This document shows, in pieces, positions 27,605-38,566 of a stretch of DNA of 64,000 bases. The stretch spans positions 4,591-68,590 of the forward strand of contig CANQBJ010000004.1 in assembly GCA_947589665.1 (NCBI GenBank). Direction: 5' to 3'. Both the position numbers and the translations under genes were made by a program. The notes under the pieces are model-generated. The model was not told the origin of the DNA. It saw nothing but the letters and a program-made list of their open reading frames with translations, and did no database searches. The DNA is from an uncultured Clostridia bacterium (GTDB taxonomy: Bacteria > Bacillota > Clostridia > Lachnospirales > CAG-274). Position 1 is the stretch's first letter, and the number at the start of each line of letters is the position of its first letter.

Positions 27605-30199
27605 ATGGCAAAGCTATCACCTATGATGGAGCAGTATATGCAGGTCAAGGAAAAATATAAATATTGTCTGCTCTTTTACAGATTAGGCGATTTTTATGAG
27701 CTTTTCTATGATGATGCCATAGTTGCTTCAAAGGAACTTGAAATAACGCTTACAGGCAAGGACTGCGGTCAGGAGGAAAGAGCGCCTATGTGCGGCGTTC
27801 CCTTCCATGCGGCAGACAGCTATATTGCAAAGCTTGTGGAAAAGGGATATAAGGTAGCCATATGCGAGCAGACCGAGAACCCAAAGCAGGCAAAGGGTAT
27901 TGTAAAGAGAGAGGTCATAAGGGTTGTCACTCCGGGTACTGTACTTGATACCAATGTTCTTGACGAAAGCAAAAACAACTACATAATGTGCATATTCAAA
28001 AATGCCGAGGGCTACGGCATATCATCCTGTGACGTATCTACAGGTGAATTTATGGTCACAGAGTTTGAAAAGGATATGGACTCTAAGGTAATAGACGAGA
28101 TCGCGCGTTTTAATCCCGCTGAAATAATATGCAATGAAGCTGTGGATCTGGATGAAAGAATAAGCAATATCTTCGACATAAGACTAAACCACTACAGTGA
28201 TTGGGCATTTGACTATCAGACTGCAAATATCTGCCTTTGCAATCACTTCCATACCCTTAATCTGGCAGGCTTCGGCTTAGAGGGCGACAGACGCTGCGTA
28301 TGCTCATCTGGAGCGCTTATGCAGTACCTTACGGAAACACAGATGAACAATCTTTCCCATATACTCAGCATAAGAAAGTATTCGTCAAATAAGTTTATGA
28401 TACTGGATATGAGTTCAAGAAGAAATCTGGAGCTTACCCAGACCATAAGGGATAAGTCCAAGAAAGGCACTCTTTTATGGGTACTTGACAGGACTAAGAC
28501 CGCTATGGGCGCAAGAATGCTGAGAAGCTGGATAGAACAGCCTCTTATAGATACCGACGATATACAGAAAAGACTTGACGCAGTTGAGAGCCTTAAGGAT
28601 AATGCCTTTGAGAGAGAGGATCTAAAGGAGATACTCAATACAATATACGATATAGAGAGAATCATGGGCAAGGTAGTATATGCCACTGCCAATGCTAAGG
28701 ACCTTATTGCTCTCCGCAATTCCTTTGAATATCTGCCTTCTCTCAAAAATGTTATTTCTGCCTTCAAATGTCAATATATTAATGATATATATAATTCCTT
28801 TGACTGCCTTGAGGACATATATAAGCTTATAGACGACAGTATAAATCCTGAGCCTCCTTTCAGCGTAAGAGAAGGCGGTCTGATAAAAGAAGGCTATAAT
28901 GAAGAGGTAGACAGGCTTAATGCTGCTAAGAAAAACGGAACGTCATGGCTTAAGGAACTGGAGGAAAGGGAAAAGGAAGAAACGGGAATAAAAAATCTGA
29001 GAATAAAATTCAACAAGGTTTTCGGCTATTCCATAGAGGTAACAAATTCCTATAAGGACAATGTACCCGAAAGATATATAAGAAAACAGACACTTACCAA
29101 TGCGGAAAGATATATTACTCCCGAGCTTAAGGAAATAGAGGAAACTATATTAGGCGCCGATGAAAGAGTTATAGAGCTTGAGTATGAACTGTTCTGCGAT
29201 ATACGTTCAAGGATAGCCTCAAATGTAGAGAGAATAAAGACTACAGCTAAGTATATCTCTGTGCTTGACGCCATTATGTCATTAGGCGAAACGGCGGATA
29301 AGAACAACTATGTAAAGCCTGTTGTGAATAACAGCGGCATAATAGATATCAAAAATGGCAGACATCCCGTTGTGGAAAGGCTTAGCAAGGAAGGCTTTAT
29401 ACCCAACGATACATATCTGGATACAGAGGAAAATACGCTTTCCATAATTACGGGACCAAATATGGCAGGCAAGTCTACATATATGCGTCAGACCGCTCTG
29501 ATAGTGCTTATGGCACAGCTGGGCAGCTTTATTCCCGCCGAAAGCGGAGTAATAGGCGTTACGGACAGGATATTCACAAGAGTAGGCGCCTCAGACGATT
29601 TGGCTACAGGTCAGTCTACATTTATGATAGAAATGGTAGAGGTCGCCAATATACTCAACAATGCAAGTAAAAACAGTCTTCTTATTTTAGACGAGATAGG
29701 CAGAGGCACATCTACCTTCGACGGACTGAGCATAGCCTGGGCTGTACTGGAGTATATAGCCGCCAAAATAGGCGCAAGAACACTTTTTGCCACTCACTAT
29801 CACGAGCTTACAGAGCTTGAGGGAAAGGTAAAGGGCGTCAGGAATTACTGTGTAAGCGTAAAGGAACAGGGCGAGGATATCATATTCTTAAGAAAGATAA
29901 TCCCCGGAGGCACGGACAGAAGCTACGGAGTACATGTTGCAAAGCTTGCGGGAGTACCCCGCGCCGTTGTAAAGAGGGCAAATAAAATACTTTCCGCTTT
30001 GGGTACAACAGATACGGCGGCAGGCGTAACGGCAGCGGAAGAAGATTTTATGTATGATGACGAGCCACTGGAGAGCAAAATGCTCTTTTTAAACGAGCTT
30101 ACAAAGGAATTTGACACTATGGATATAAATGATATAACACCCTTTGATGCTATGAAAAAGCTTTACGACATAAAGGAAAAGCTCAGTAAACTGGAGTGA
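27605..30199 (+). CDS. mutS: DNA mismatch repair protein MutS
   Basis: N-terminal TPMMEQY-type motif (SPMMEQYMQVK), Walker A GPNMAGKST, and DEIGRGTST. Confidence 0.97.
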   Translation: MAKLSPMMEQYMQVKEKYKYCLLFYRLGDFYELFYDDAIVASKELEITLTGKDCGQEERAPMCGVPFHAADSYIAKLVEKGYKVAICEQTENPKQAKGIVKREVIRVVTPGTVLDTNVLDESKNNYIMCIFKNAEGYGISSCDVSTGEFMVTEFEKDMDSKVIDEIARFNPAEIICNEAVDLDERISNIFDIRLNHYSDWAFDYQTANICLCNHFHTLNLAGFGLEGDRRCVCSSGALMQYLTETQMNNLSHILSIRKYSSNKFMILDMSSRRNLELTQTIRDKSKKGTLLWVLDRTKTAMGARMLRSWIEQPLIDTDDIQKRLDAVESLKDNAFEREDLKEILNTIYDIERIMGKVVYATANAKDLIALRNSFEYLPSLKNVISAFKCQYINDIYNSFDCLEDIYKLIDDSINPEPPFSVREGGLIKEGYNEEVDRLNAAKKNGTSWLKELEEREKEETGIKNLRIKFNKVFGYSIEVTNSYKDNVPERYIRKQTLTNAERYITPELKEIEETILGADERVIELEYELFCDIRSRIASNVERIKTTAKYISVLDAIMSLGETADKNNYVKPVVNNSGIIDIKNGRHPVVERLSKEGFIPNDTYLDTEENTLSIITGPNMAGKSTYMRQTALIVLMAQLGSFIPAESGVIGVTDRIFTRVGASDDLATGQSTFMIEMVEVANILNNASKNSLLILDEIGRGTSTFDGLSIAWAVLEYIAAKIGARTLFATHYHELTELEGKVKGVRNYCVSVKEQGEDIIFLRKIIPGGTDRSYGVHVAKLAGVPRAVVKRANKILSALGTTDTAAGVTAAEEDFMYDDEPLESKMLFLNELTKEFDTMDINDITPFDAMKKLYDIKEKLSKLE

Positions 30200-30209
30200 G
30201 GTAATCATT

Positions 30210-32090
30210 ATGAGCAGTATACAGCTTCTTGAAAACAATATTATAAATAAAATAGCGGCAGGCGAGGTAGTGGAGCGTCCCGCCTCTGTGGTAAAGGAGC
30301 TTATGGAAAACTCCATAGACGCAGGCGCCTCCTCTATTACTGTTGAGATAGCAGGCGGAGGCATAGACCTTATAAAAATAACGGACAATGGCAGGGGAAT
30401 ACCTAAAGCCGAGGTAAGGACTGCCTTTCTTCGCCATGCCACAAGCAAGCTGAGAAAGATAGAGGACCTTGACGACATATTGACCTTGGGCTTCAGAGGA
30501 GAGGCGCTTTCAAGTATAGCTGCCGTTGCTCAGGTGGAAATGATAACAAGGACAGAGGATGAGGAAACAGGCACAAGGATAGTAATAAACGGCGGCAAGG
30601 TGGAAAAGGAAGAGGAAGCTGCCGCAAATACAGGCACAGCCTTTACAGTTAAAAATATTTTCTGCAATACTCCTGCAAGGCGCAAGTTTCTTAAAAAGCC
30701 TGCCACAGAGGGAGGCTATGTATCGGAAACCGTTCAGAGAATAGCCTTAGGTCATCCCGAAGTTGCTATAAGGTATATAAATAACGGCAATACGGTCATA
30801 CAGACCTCCGGTAAAAATGACCTTAAATCAGCAGTGCTGTATATATTCGGCAGGTCAATGGCAAAGGAAATGCTTGATGTGAAATATAGCAGATCGGGAT
30901 TTAAGGTAGAAGGCCTTATTGCAAAGCCTGAGTTTTCAAGGGGAAACAGAAACTATGAATACTTTTTTATAAACGGAAGATATATAAAGAGCGCCATTGT
31001 ATCCGAGGCTGTAGAGGAGGCATACAAGGGAAAGCTTATGACAGGAAAATTCCCTGTGTTTATACTGGATCTTACTGTGCCGCCCAATACCGTAGATGTA
31101 AATGTACATCCTACAAAGCTGGAGGTAAGGTTTTCCGATGAAAGTATGGTATATGATATAATATATGACGCTGTTACAAAGGTACTTAAGGAGATCGATC
31201 TTATACCAAGCGTTACATGGGACAGCGAAAAGAAAATAAAGCCTGAGCCTGTAAAGCAGATAAAGCTTGATGAGACCGATTTTATATACGACAGCAAGCC
31301 TATAGAGAGGCAGCAGGGAATTTCACTGGCGGACAGCGGGTATAGACCCGAAAAATCTCCAGTAAGCAGAGCTATGGACACTCTTTATCCCGACGGAGAG
31401 GAAAGGGAAATAAAGATACTGAACGATGTACTTTCCGAAAATATGGAAAAGGCAAGGTCAGAGGAAAAGACAAAGCCTGAGGAAAAAACAAAGGCAAGGA
31501 AACCCTTCTTTTACAATTACAGGATAGTCGGTCAGATATTTGCCACATATTGGATAGTGGAGCAGAACAACAGTATGTATCTTATAGACCAGCATGCCGC
31601 TCACGAAAGGGCTCTTTACGAGGAATTCACAAAACAGTTCAAAAGCTCAGCGCCCTTAAGTCAAAGACTGCTGCAGCCTATTGCCGTAAATCTTACCGAA
31701 AGTGAAAAGGTAATAGTTGAGGACAATATGGAGCTATTGAAAAGCTTTGGCTTTGAAATAGAGGAGCTTGGCAGAGGCACCTATGCCCTGAGATCGGTGC
31801 CGTATATATTCAATTCTCCGGGGAATATAAGCTTCTTTACAGACATTATAGATGCTCTTGGAGATAAGAACATAAAGAGTATATATGATACAAAGGAGGA
31901 TGCCATTGCAATGATGAGCTGCAAGGCGGCTGTAAAGGGCAATGACAGACTAAGCTACAGCGAGGCGCAGGCTCTTATACAGAAGATACTGCTCCTTGAG
32001 GATCCCTTTACCTGTCCTCACGGGCGGCCTACTGTTATAGAAATGTCCAGATACGAGTTGGAAAAGAAATTCAAGAGAATACAGGATTAA
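30210..32090 (+). CDS. mutL: DNA mismatch repair protein MutL
   Basis: GHKL ATPase motifs (IAAGEVVERPASVVKELMENSIDAG, DNGRGI) and the C-terminal endonuclease motif region (DQHAAHER). Confidence 0.96.
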   Translation: MSSIQLLENNIINKIAAGEVVERPASVVKELMENSIDAGASSITVEIAGGGIDLIKITDNGRGIPKAEVRTAFLRHATSKLRKIEDLDDILTLGFRGEALSSIAAVAQVEMITRTEDEETGTRIVINGGKVEKEEEAAANTGTAFTVKNIFCNTPARRKFLKKPATEGGYVSETVQRIALGHPEVAIRYINNGNTVIQTSGKNDLKSAVLYIFGRSMAKEMLDVKYSRSGFKVEGLIAKPEFSRGNRNYEYFFINGRYIKSAIVSEAVEEAYKGKLMTGKFPVFILDLTVPPNTVDVNVHPTKLEVRFSDESMVYDIIYDAVTKVLKEIDLIPSVTWDSEKKIKPEPVKQIKLDETDFIYDSKPIERQQGISLADSGYRPEKSPVSRAMDTLYPDGEEREIKILNDVLSENMEKARSEEKTKPEEKTKARKPFFYNYRIVGQIFATYWIVEQNNSMYLIDQHAAHERALYEEFTKQFKSSAPLSQRLLQPIAVNLTESEKVIVEDNMELLKSFGFEIEELGRGTYALRSVPYIFNSPGNISFFTDIIDALGDKNIKSIYDTKEDAIAMMSCKAAVKGNDRLSYSEAQALIQKILLLEDPFTCPHGRPTVIEMSRYELEKKFKRIQD

Positions 32091-32108
32091 TTATAAGGGG
32101 GAAGGATA

Positions 32109-32693
32109 TTGACAAAAATATTAGGTTATTTTATAAACTTTATAGCTATTATTATTGCAGTTACGTTTTTTGAGTATTTAAAGGCGCTTATATCCACGTT
32201 GCAGGGAGATACTAGACCGAAGGCACGTAAAAGGCTTACATTAAATCCTATAGCCCATTTTGAGCCTATAGGCTTTATAATATTTTTCTTTACAGGCTAC
32301 GGCTGGGGTAATCCCGTACCTACAAGCAGTGTAAACTACAGTGATAAAAAAAGGGGTACAGTCATTACCTATGGACTGCCTATAGTTATATGTATAGCTG
32401 TAGGCATTACCATAAGACTTCTGCTTTTCGTATTTGAGGGGCCTCTTTCTTCCGTAGGTATAATATATACATTTTTGTACACTGTTGAAAAGTATATTGT
32501 TTCCATAGGGGTATTCAATATTCTTCCCGTTTATCCTATGAGCGGCAGCTGGATACTGAAGTGCTTTTTAAAGCCCAATCAGGCAGTTAAATTTACTCAG
32601 AATGAAAAGCTTATACAGCTTGTTGTGATATTCCTGCTGCTTATGGGAATACTTGGCAGAGTACTGGATATAATAGTCAACTTTATTGTGTAA
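32109..32693 (+). CDS. Site-2-protease (peptidase M50)-like membrane protein with substituted metal ligands
   Basis: Family signature RLTLNPIAHFEPIG and FNILPVYPMSGS. FEYLK replaces HExxH and S replaces the ligand D (LDG becomes MSG). TTG start. Confidence 0.65.
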   Translation: MTKILGYFINFIAIIIAVTFFEYLKALISTLQGDTRPKARKRLTLNPIAHFEPIGFIIFFFTGYGWGNPVPTSSVNYSDKKRGTVITYGLPIVICIAVGITIRLLLFVFEGPLSSVGIIYTFLYTVEKYIVSIGVFNILPVYPMSGSWILKCFLKPNQAVKFTQNEKLIQLVVIFLLLMGILGRVLDIIVNFIV

Positions 32694-32696
32694 CGG

Positions 32697-33467
32697 GTGA
32701 CAGATATGGATATGAATGTCCGACTGGAAAGCTTTGAAGGACCTATGGACCTTCTTTACAGTCTTATCATTAAAAATAAAATAGATATTTATGATATTCC
32801 CATTGCTATGATCACAGAACAGTATCTTGCCTATATAGAAGAAATGAAGCAGTATAATATGGAAAATATAAGCGAATTTCTTATTATGGCGGCTACTCTT
32901 ATTGAGATCAAGTCCAAAATGCTCCTGCCCAAGGAGGTAGATGAAAACAATGAGGAAATTGATCCCAGAGAAGAGCTTGTGGCAAGACTTATTGAATACA
33001 AGAAATTCAAGGGCATAGCAGATGATTTTAATGAAAAGCAGAAGAAGGCGGGCTATTCATATTACAGGGATGGCGATGCCGATATCATAAACAGGATAAG
33101 AAAAGATGTTCCGAAGTCTGTCGAGGATATTTTAAACGGAGCCGACGGAGAAATGCTTATAAAGGCATTTTATGAGGTTTTGAGGAGAAGGGAGATAAAG
33201 ACCGATAAGATTAGGAGCGGCTTCAACTCAATAGACCGAGAGGAATTTACCCTTGAGGAAAAGGCAGAGCAAATAGAAAAGCTTATAAAGAAAAACAGGA
33301 AAATAAGCTTTTTCAGGATATTTAGCAACAGTTGTTCCAAAAATGAGATAGTGGTCACATTTTTGGCAATGCTACAGCTTATAAAGGATAAAAAGATAAG
33401 TATTTCACAGGAAAAAATATTTGACGATATAACAATATCTTCTTATAGGGAGGCACGACCCATATGA
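32697..33467 (+). CDS. scpA: Segregation and condensation protein A
   Basis: FEGPMDLLYSLI....DIYDIPIA motif. The start could instead be ATG 32706. Confidence 0.88.
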   Translation: MTDMDMNVRLESFEGPMDLLYSLIIKNKIDIYDIPIAMITEQYLAYIEEMKQYNMENISEFLIMAATLIEIKSKMLLPKEVDENNEEIDPREELVARLIEYKKFKGIADDFNEKQKKAGYSYYRDGDADIINRIRKDVPKSVEDILNGADGEMLIKAFYEVLRRREIKTDKIRSGFNSIDREEFTLEEKAEQIEKLIKKNRKISFFRIFSNSCSKNEIVVTFLAMLQLIKDKKISISQEKIFDDITISSYREARPI

Positions 33468-34033
33468 CATTGAAGGAACTGGAGTCTGTAATAGAGGCTA
33501 TACTCTTTGCAGGCGGAGAGGCAGTCAGTGTTAAGAATATAGCGGCTGCTACTGAGCAGGACGAAAAGACTGTTGTTTCGGTTTTAAACAATATGGCTGA
33601 TAAATATACACTTGAAAAAAGAGGCATCAGAATAATACAGGTAGGTGACAGCTATCAGATGTGTACCAATTCGGACTATTTCGACTATATCAAAAAGCTG
33701 TATCAGTCACCTGTGAGGAAGACTCTTTCCACGACACTTTTGGAGACACTTGCCATTATAGCCTATAAGCAGCCTGTTACAAAGGGTCAGATCGAGGATA
33801 TAAGAGGTGTAAGCGCCGACCATGCCGTAAATAGGCTTGTGGAATACGGAATGGTAGAGGAAAGAGGGAGACTTGACGCTCCCGGCAAGCCCATACTTTT
33901 TGGCACCACAGATGAATTTTTAAGGTATTTTGGATTTAATGACCTTGACAGCCTTCCTCAGACCTTTGCCGATTATGAACAGCTTAGACTGGAGGCTGAA
34001 ATGGAGGCTGCCGAGCTTACGGAAAGCAAATAA
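33464..34033 (+). CDS. scpB: Segregation and condensation protein B
   Basis: EAILFAGGEAVS, TLAIIAYKQPVT..IE.IRGV. Start overlaps the scpA stop. Confidence 0.9.
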   Translation: MTLKELESVIEAILFAGGEAVSVKNIAAATEQDEKTVVSVLNNMADKYTLEKRGIRIIQVGDSYQMCTNSDYFDYIKKLYQSPVRKTLSTTLLETLAIIAYKQPVTKGQIEDIRGVSADHAVNRLVEYGMVEERGRLDAPGKPILFGTTDEFLRYFGFNDLDSLPQTFADYEQLRLEAEMEAAELTESK

Positions 34034-34120
34034 ATTCTGCAAAAGCAGACATTATGAGAAAGAACCATACAAAACAAACAAGGCTCCGCAGTTGGCATTA
34101 TACTAACTACGGAGCCTTTA

Positions 34121-35497
34121 TTACTGTTTTATATCGGTCATAAGCCTTCTGAATATCTGCCTCAAAGCGATCACGGCAGCTATTGAAAGAATAAATTCTG
34201 CCGAAAACTGAGCATAGGCAAGACCATACATCGGAAATATATAATTGAGTATAAAGAGGAAAGGTATCTCAAATATTATCTTCCTAAGTATTGCAAAGAG
34301 CAGTGACAGCCGACCTATGCCGCATGCCTGGAATACCGCTACCGCAAGAAAATCCAAGCCCATAAAGGGCAGGGATAGGCAAAGTCCTCTTAAAAAGTGT
34401 GAACCCTGATCGATAATAGTGCCGTTATCTATGAACATTCCCATAAAGTAAGGGGCAAATAAATAGAATATCAATGTAACAAACGTAAGCATACCTACGG
34501 CTATTTCAGCCGAAAATGTTATGGCATATTTAGCTCTCTTGTGTGTTTTGTTGGCATAATTGTAGCTTACAAGGGGCATTATTCCCTGTGACAAACCCAG
34601 TGCTATATACATAGGCACAAGATTTATTCTGTTGGCTATGCCCATAGCAGCAACAGCGTCTGCTCCGTAGGATGATGTAAAGTTATTGAGTATGGTCATT
34701 CCCGTTACATTAAGGAGATTTTGTATAGACGCAGGTATTCCTACACCACATATACCAAGTATAATACTTTTCTTAAATCTGAACATGGAGGGCCGTATAC
34801 ATACATAGGTTCTTCCTCTTTTTACAAAGAGAAGCACAAGAAAATACATACAGGCTGCGCAGTTGGATATAAATGTAGCCAGTCCCGCTCCCTCGGCTCC
34901 AAGTCCGAGACCGAAGGGCAGTACAAAAATAGGGTCCAGTATAATGTTTAGTATACAGCCGCTCATAGTACCTATGCTGGCATGAAAAGCTGAGCCCTCC
35001 GCTCTTACAAGATAGGCAAACACCACATTTAAAATAGCGGGTACGGCGCCTAGGGCAACCGTCCATTTCAGATATCCTGCCGTAGCCAAAAGAGTATCGC
35101 TTTTTACACCGAGAATATCCCAGAACTGCCTGCGAAATAATATATATATCAATGAAAACATAAGCGCAAAGAAGAGGGAACAGTAAAAGCCAAAGGCAGA
35201 GCTTTTATATACCGTGTCGTGGTCCTTGCGTCCCAAGGCTCTGCTCATCATACTTGATGTGCCTACGCCAAAAAGATTGTTAATGGCATTGAAGGCAAGA
35301 AGAACAGGTGCGGCAAGAGCCACTGCCGCATTCTGCACAGGATCATTTGTAAGACCTACGAACCATGTATCGGCAAGAGAGTATATCACCATTACAAGGG
35401 AACTGATTATAGTAGGAACGCCAAGAAGCATAACGGACTTGGGTACAGGCATTCTTTCAAACAAATATATCTTTTTAATATCTTCTCTGTTCTGCAT
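34121..35497 (-). CDS. MATE-family efflux transporter
   Basis: 12-TM profile with MatE repeats (LGVPTIISSLV, GLGAEGAGLAT). Confidence 0.88.
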   Translation of the reverse strand: MQNREDIKKIYLFERMPVPKSVMLLGVPTIISSLVMVIYSLADTWFVGLTNDPVQNAAVALAAPVLLAFNAINNLFGVGTSSMMSRALGRKDHDTVYKSSAFGFYCSLFFALMFSLIYILFRRQFWDILGVKSDTLLATAGYLKWTVALGAVPAILNVVFAYLVRAEGSAFHASIGTMSGCILNIILDPIFVLPFGLGLGAEGAGLATFISNCAACMYFLVLLFVKRGRTYVCIRPSMFRFKKSIILGICGVGIPASIQNLLNVTGMTILNNFTSSYGADAVAAMGIANRINLVPMYIALGLSQGIMPLVSYNYANKTHKRAKYAITFSAEIAVGMLTFVTLIFYLFAPYFMGMFIDNGTIIDQGSHFLRGLCLSLPFMGLDFLAVAVFQACGIGRLSLLFAILRKIIFEIPFLFILNYIFPMYGLAYAQFSAEFILSIAAVIALRQIFRRLMTDIKQ

Positions 35498-35742
35498 ATC
35501 ATTACTCCTATATTTTATAGAAAAATATTATACATCTCCAGCCGATGTAAATCAAGAAAAAATTACTTTATCTCATATTTGTAAAAAAATCCAAAAAATA
35601 TATAGACAAATAAAAAATTATATGATATAATTCAAATAAAGTAGGTTTAGACTTATTTATATATTTATCCGGAGTAAGTTTTAAAGCTACTTTGCGATAT
35701 ATATAAACCCATAGGGTTTATTATATGATTATCATTCCTGAC

Positions 35743-35774
35743 AGAAGAGGGCAACCGCAAGGTTGCCCTCTTCT
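35743..35774. terminator. GC-rich 14-bp hairpin downstream of metY
   Basis: AGAAGAGGGCAACC/GGTTGCCCTCTTCT with loop GCAA. There is no clear U-run, so its function as a terminator is inferred. Confidence 0.5.
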
Positions 35775-35791
35775 CCATATATTATATTATA

Positions 35792-37060
35792 TCAGATGTT
35801 ATCAAGCGCCTGTTTGATATCGGCAATAATATCATCGGCATTTTCAATACCTACAGACATTCTTATAAGCTCAGGCTTAACACCACATTCTACAAGCTGC
35901 GCATCCGTAAGCTGCCTGTGAGTAGAGGAGGCAGGGTGAAGAACGCTTGTTCTGGCATCTGCAACATGGCATACTATCTTAGCCAGCTTTAAGCTGTCCA
36001 TAAGCCTTGCAGATGCATCCCTTCCGCCCTTTGGTCCAAAGGCTATTACACCGCTGCAGCCCTTGGGCAGATATTTCTGAGCCATTTCATGATCGGGACT
36101 TGATTTAAGCCCAGGATAGCTTACCCATTCTATTTTATCATTGCCTTCAAGATACTGTGCCACCTTAAGGGCATTTTCTGAATGTCTTTCCATTCTCAGA
36201 TGAAGGGTTTCAAGTCCAAGATTGAGCAAAAAGCAGTTCATAGGCGCAGGAGTGCAGCCCAGGTCTCTCATAAGCTGTACTCTTGCCTTTACAATATAGG
36301 CTGATTTGCCAAAGGACTTTGTATAAACGATGCCGTGGTATGACTCGTCGGGGGTTGTAAGCTCCTCAAATTTACCACTTGCCTCCCAGTCAAACCTGCC
36401 GCTGTCAACTATAACACCGCCTAATGAAACTGCATGACCGTCCATATATTTGGAGGTAGAATGAAGTACTATATCCGCTCCGAATTCAATAGGATTGCAT
36501 AGATAAGGAGTAGGGAAGGTATTATCTATAATAAGAGGGATATTGTTTTCGTGAGCAGCCTTTGCAAACTTTTCTATATCAAGCACACGGAGAGCAGGAT
36601 TTGCAAGGGTTTCACCGAATATTATCTTTGTATTTTCCTTGATCTCCTTGCGCAGATCCTCAGCAGTGATATCGGGGTCAACAAAGGTCACGTCTATACC
36701 GAATTTCTTAAGGGTAACGGAGAGAAGATTAAATGTACCGCCGTATATGGCAGTTGAGCTTATAATATGATCTCCCGCATGGCATATGTTCATTATGGCG
36801 ATAAGTGATGCAGACTGTCCCGCAGAAGTAAGCATAGCGCCTACACCGCCTTCAAGATCGGCAATTTTCTTTTCTACTGCATCTGCGGTGGGATTGCCCA
36901 GACGTGTATAGAAAAAGCCGTCCTCCTTAAGATCGAAGAGATCGCCCATTTCCTGCGCTGATGAGTATTTATATGTAGTACTCTGTACTATAGGCAGTAC
37001 TCTGGGTTCTCCGTTTTTAGGCTCGTAGCCTGACTGTACACATTTTGTTTCTATCTTCAT
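35792..37060 (-). CDS. metY: O-acetylhomoserine sulfhydrylase (aminocarboxypropyltransferase)
   Basis: Cys/Met-metabolism PLP family: HSTSKYMDGH lysine motif and N-terminal QSTTY. Confidence 0.9.
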   Translation of the reverse strand: MKIETKCVQSGYEPKNGEPRVLPIVQSTTYKYSSAQEMGDLFDLKEDGFFYTRLGNPTADAVEKKIADLEGGVGAMLTSAGQSASLIAIMNICHAGDHIISSTAIYGGTFNLLSVTLKKFGIDVTFVDPDITAEDLRKEIKENTKIIFGETLANPALRVLDIEKFAKAAHENNIPLIIDNTFPTPYLCNPIEFGADIVLHSTSKYMDGHAVSLGGVIVDSGRFDWEASGKFEELTTPDESYHGIVYTKSFGKSAYIVKARVQLMRDLGCTPAPMNCFLLNLGLETLHLRMERHSENALKVAQYLEGNDKIEWVSYPGLKSSPDHEMAQKYLPKGCSGVIAFGPKGGRDASARLMDSLKLAKIVCHVADARTSVLHPASSTHRQLTDAQLVECGVKPELIRMSVGIENADDIIADIKQALDNI

Positions 37061-37150
37061 ATTATTACCTCCTATTATTGATATTAAAGAAATAATAACA
37101 TAATATGCCTATATTTTCAACATAGTTTTGATATTATCACGATTTTTAAT

Positions 37151-38566
37151 TTATACCTGTTCGGACAGCCTTCTTACAGGTGTTAATTGTCTGTAGGCAG
37201 ATATTATAACAGCGGCTGACACAAATACTGTAAGTATATCAGATACGGGCATTGAATAAAGTACACCGTCTAAGCCGAAGAATATAGGGAGAAGCAATGC
37301 AAAGCCTACGCCGAATACTATCTCACGGAGCATTGACAGCATTGTGGAGGCAACGGCCTTTCCCATAGCCTGAAGGAATATAAATGCCGCCTTGTTTATA
37401 CAGGCAAATATCATCATACAAAGATATATTCTGAATGCCTTTACCGCAAAGTCTGTATAGTATATGCTTTCGTTTGCGGCGCCGAATATGGCTATAAGCT
37501 GTTTTGGAAAGAATTCGGTTATAACAAGGGCGGCTGCGCCTACAAGAGCCTCAGATACAAGCAGACAGGAAAAAAGCCTTCTTACACGGTCGTACAGCTC
37601 TGCTCCCATATTATAGCCGGTTATGGGAATACAGCCTGCCGCCATACCTACTACTATTGAAATAACTATCTGGAAAAATTTCATTACTATACCTACGACT
37701 GCCATAGGAATCTGAGCGTACTGCTCCTGTCCGAAAATAGCGTCTAATGCACCGTATTTCCTTATCATATTATTGATGGCTGCCATTGCGGCTACAAGAG
37801 ATATCTGAGATAAAAAGCTGCATATGCCAAGTGTAAGAGTTCTTTTTACTATGTTTGAACACAGTCTGAAATTGTCTTTTGTAATACTTACGGACCTTGT
37901 ATGGCAGAGATACCATACTGCAAGGGCTGCCGTTATTATCTGTCCTATAACCGTGGCGGCAGCGGCTCCCATCATTCCCCACTTGAATATAAATATGAAT
38001 AGGGGATCGAGAACAATGTTAGTAAAGGCTCCGCATAAGGTCGATACCATGGCAAATTTAGGACTTCCGTCTGCTCTTATTATAGGATTCATTGCCTGGC
38101 CGAACATATAGAAGGGTATGCCAAGAGATATCCAGAAGAAATATTCCTTTGAATTTAAAAAGGTCTCGTTGTTCACTCTTCCGCCGAACAATGTTATTAT
38201 AAAATCGCTGAACATAAGATATATAGCTGCCAGTATTATACCCGAAACTATTGTCAGCAGTATGGAATTTCCCACGCTCTGACCTGCCTCCCTTGACTCG
38301 CCTTTACCCAAACTAAGGCTTACAAAGGCGCAGCAGCCGTCGCCTATCATAACTGCAATGGCAAGAGCTATGACAGTAAGGGGAAACACAACTGTGTTGG
38401 CGGCATTGCCGTAGGAACCGAGATAATCGGCATTTGCTATAAATATCTGGTCTACAATATTGTACAAGGCTCCCACTAAAAGTGAAATTATGCAGGGTAC
38501 TGCATATTTCATCATAAGCTTGCCTATTTTTTCCTCACCAAGATAGAATTGATTTTCCATTTTCAT
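37151..38566 (-). CDS. MATE-family efflux transporter
   Basis: 12-TM MatE profile (VPCIISLLVGALYNIVDQIFI, GMMGAAAATVIGQ). Confidence 0.88.
   Translation of the reverse strand: MKMENQFYLGEEKIGKLMMKYAVPCIISLLVGALYNIVDQIFIANADYLGSYGNAANTVVFPLTVIALAIAVMIGDGCCAFVSLSLGKGESREAGQSVGNSILLTIVSGIILAAIYLMFSDFIITLFGGRVNNETFLNSKEYFFWISLGIPFYMFGQAMNPIIRADGSPKFAMVSTLCGAFTNIVLDPLFIFIFKWGMMGAAAATVIGQIITAALAVWYLCHTRSVSITKDNFRLCSNIVKRTLTLGICSFLSQISLVAAMAAINNMIRKYGALDAIFGQEQYAQIPMAVVGIVMKFFQIVISIVVGMAAGCIPITGYNMGAELYDRVRRLFSCLLVSEALVGAAALVITEFFPKQLIAIFGAANESIYYTDFAVKAFRIYLCMMIFACINKAAFIFLQAMGKAVASTMLSMLREIVFGVGFALLLPIFFGLDGVLYSMPVSDILTVFVSAAVIISAYRQLTPVRRLSEQV

Noticed and set aside
37061-37150. Expected S-box (SAM) riboswitch or T-box upstream of metY.
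   Set aside because: Only about 90 bp separate metY from the upstream MATE gene. That space contains just a promoter-like TTGAAA-17-TATTAT and an RBS, with no conserved S-box or T-box elements.
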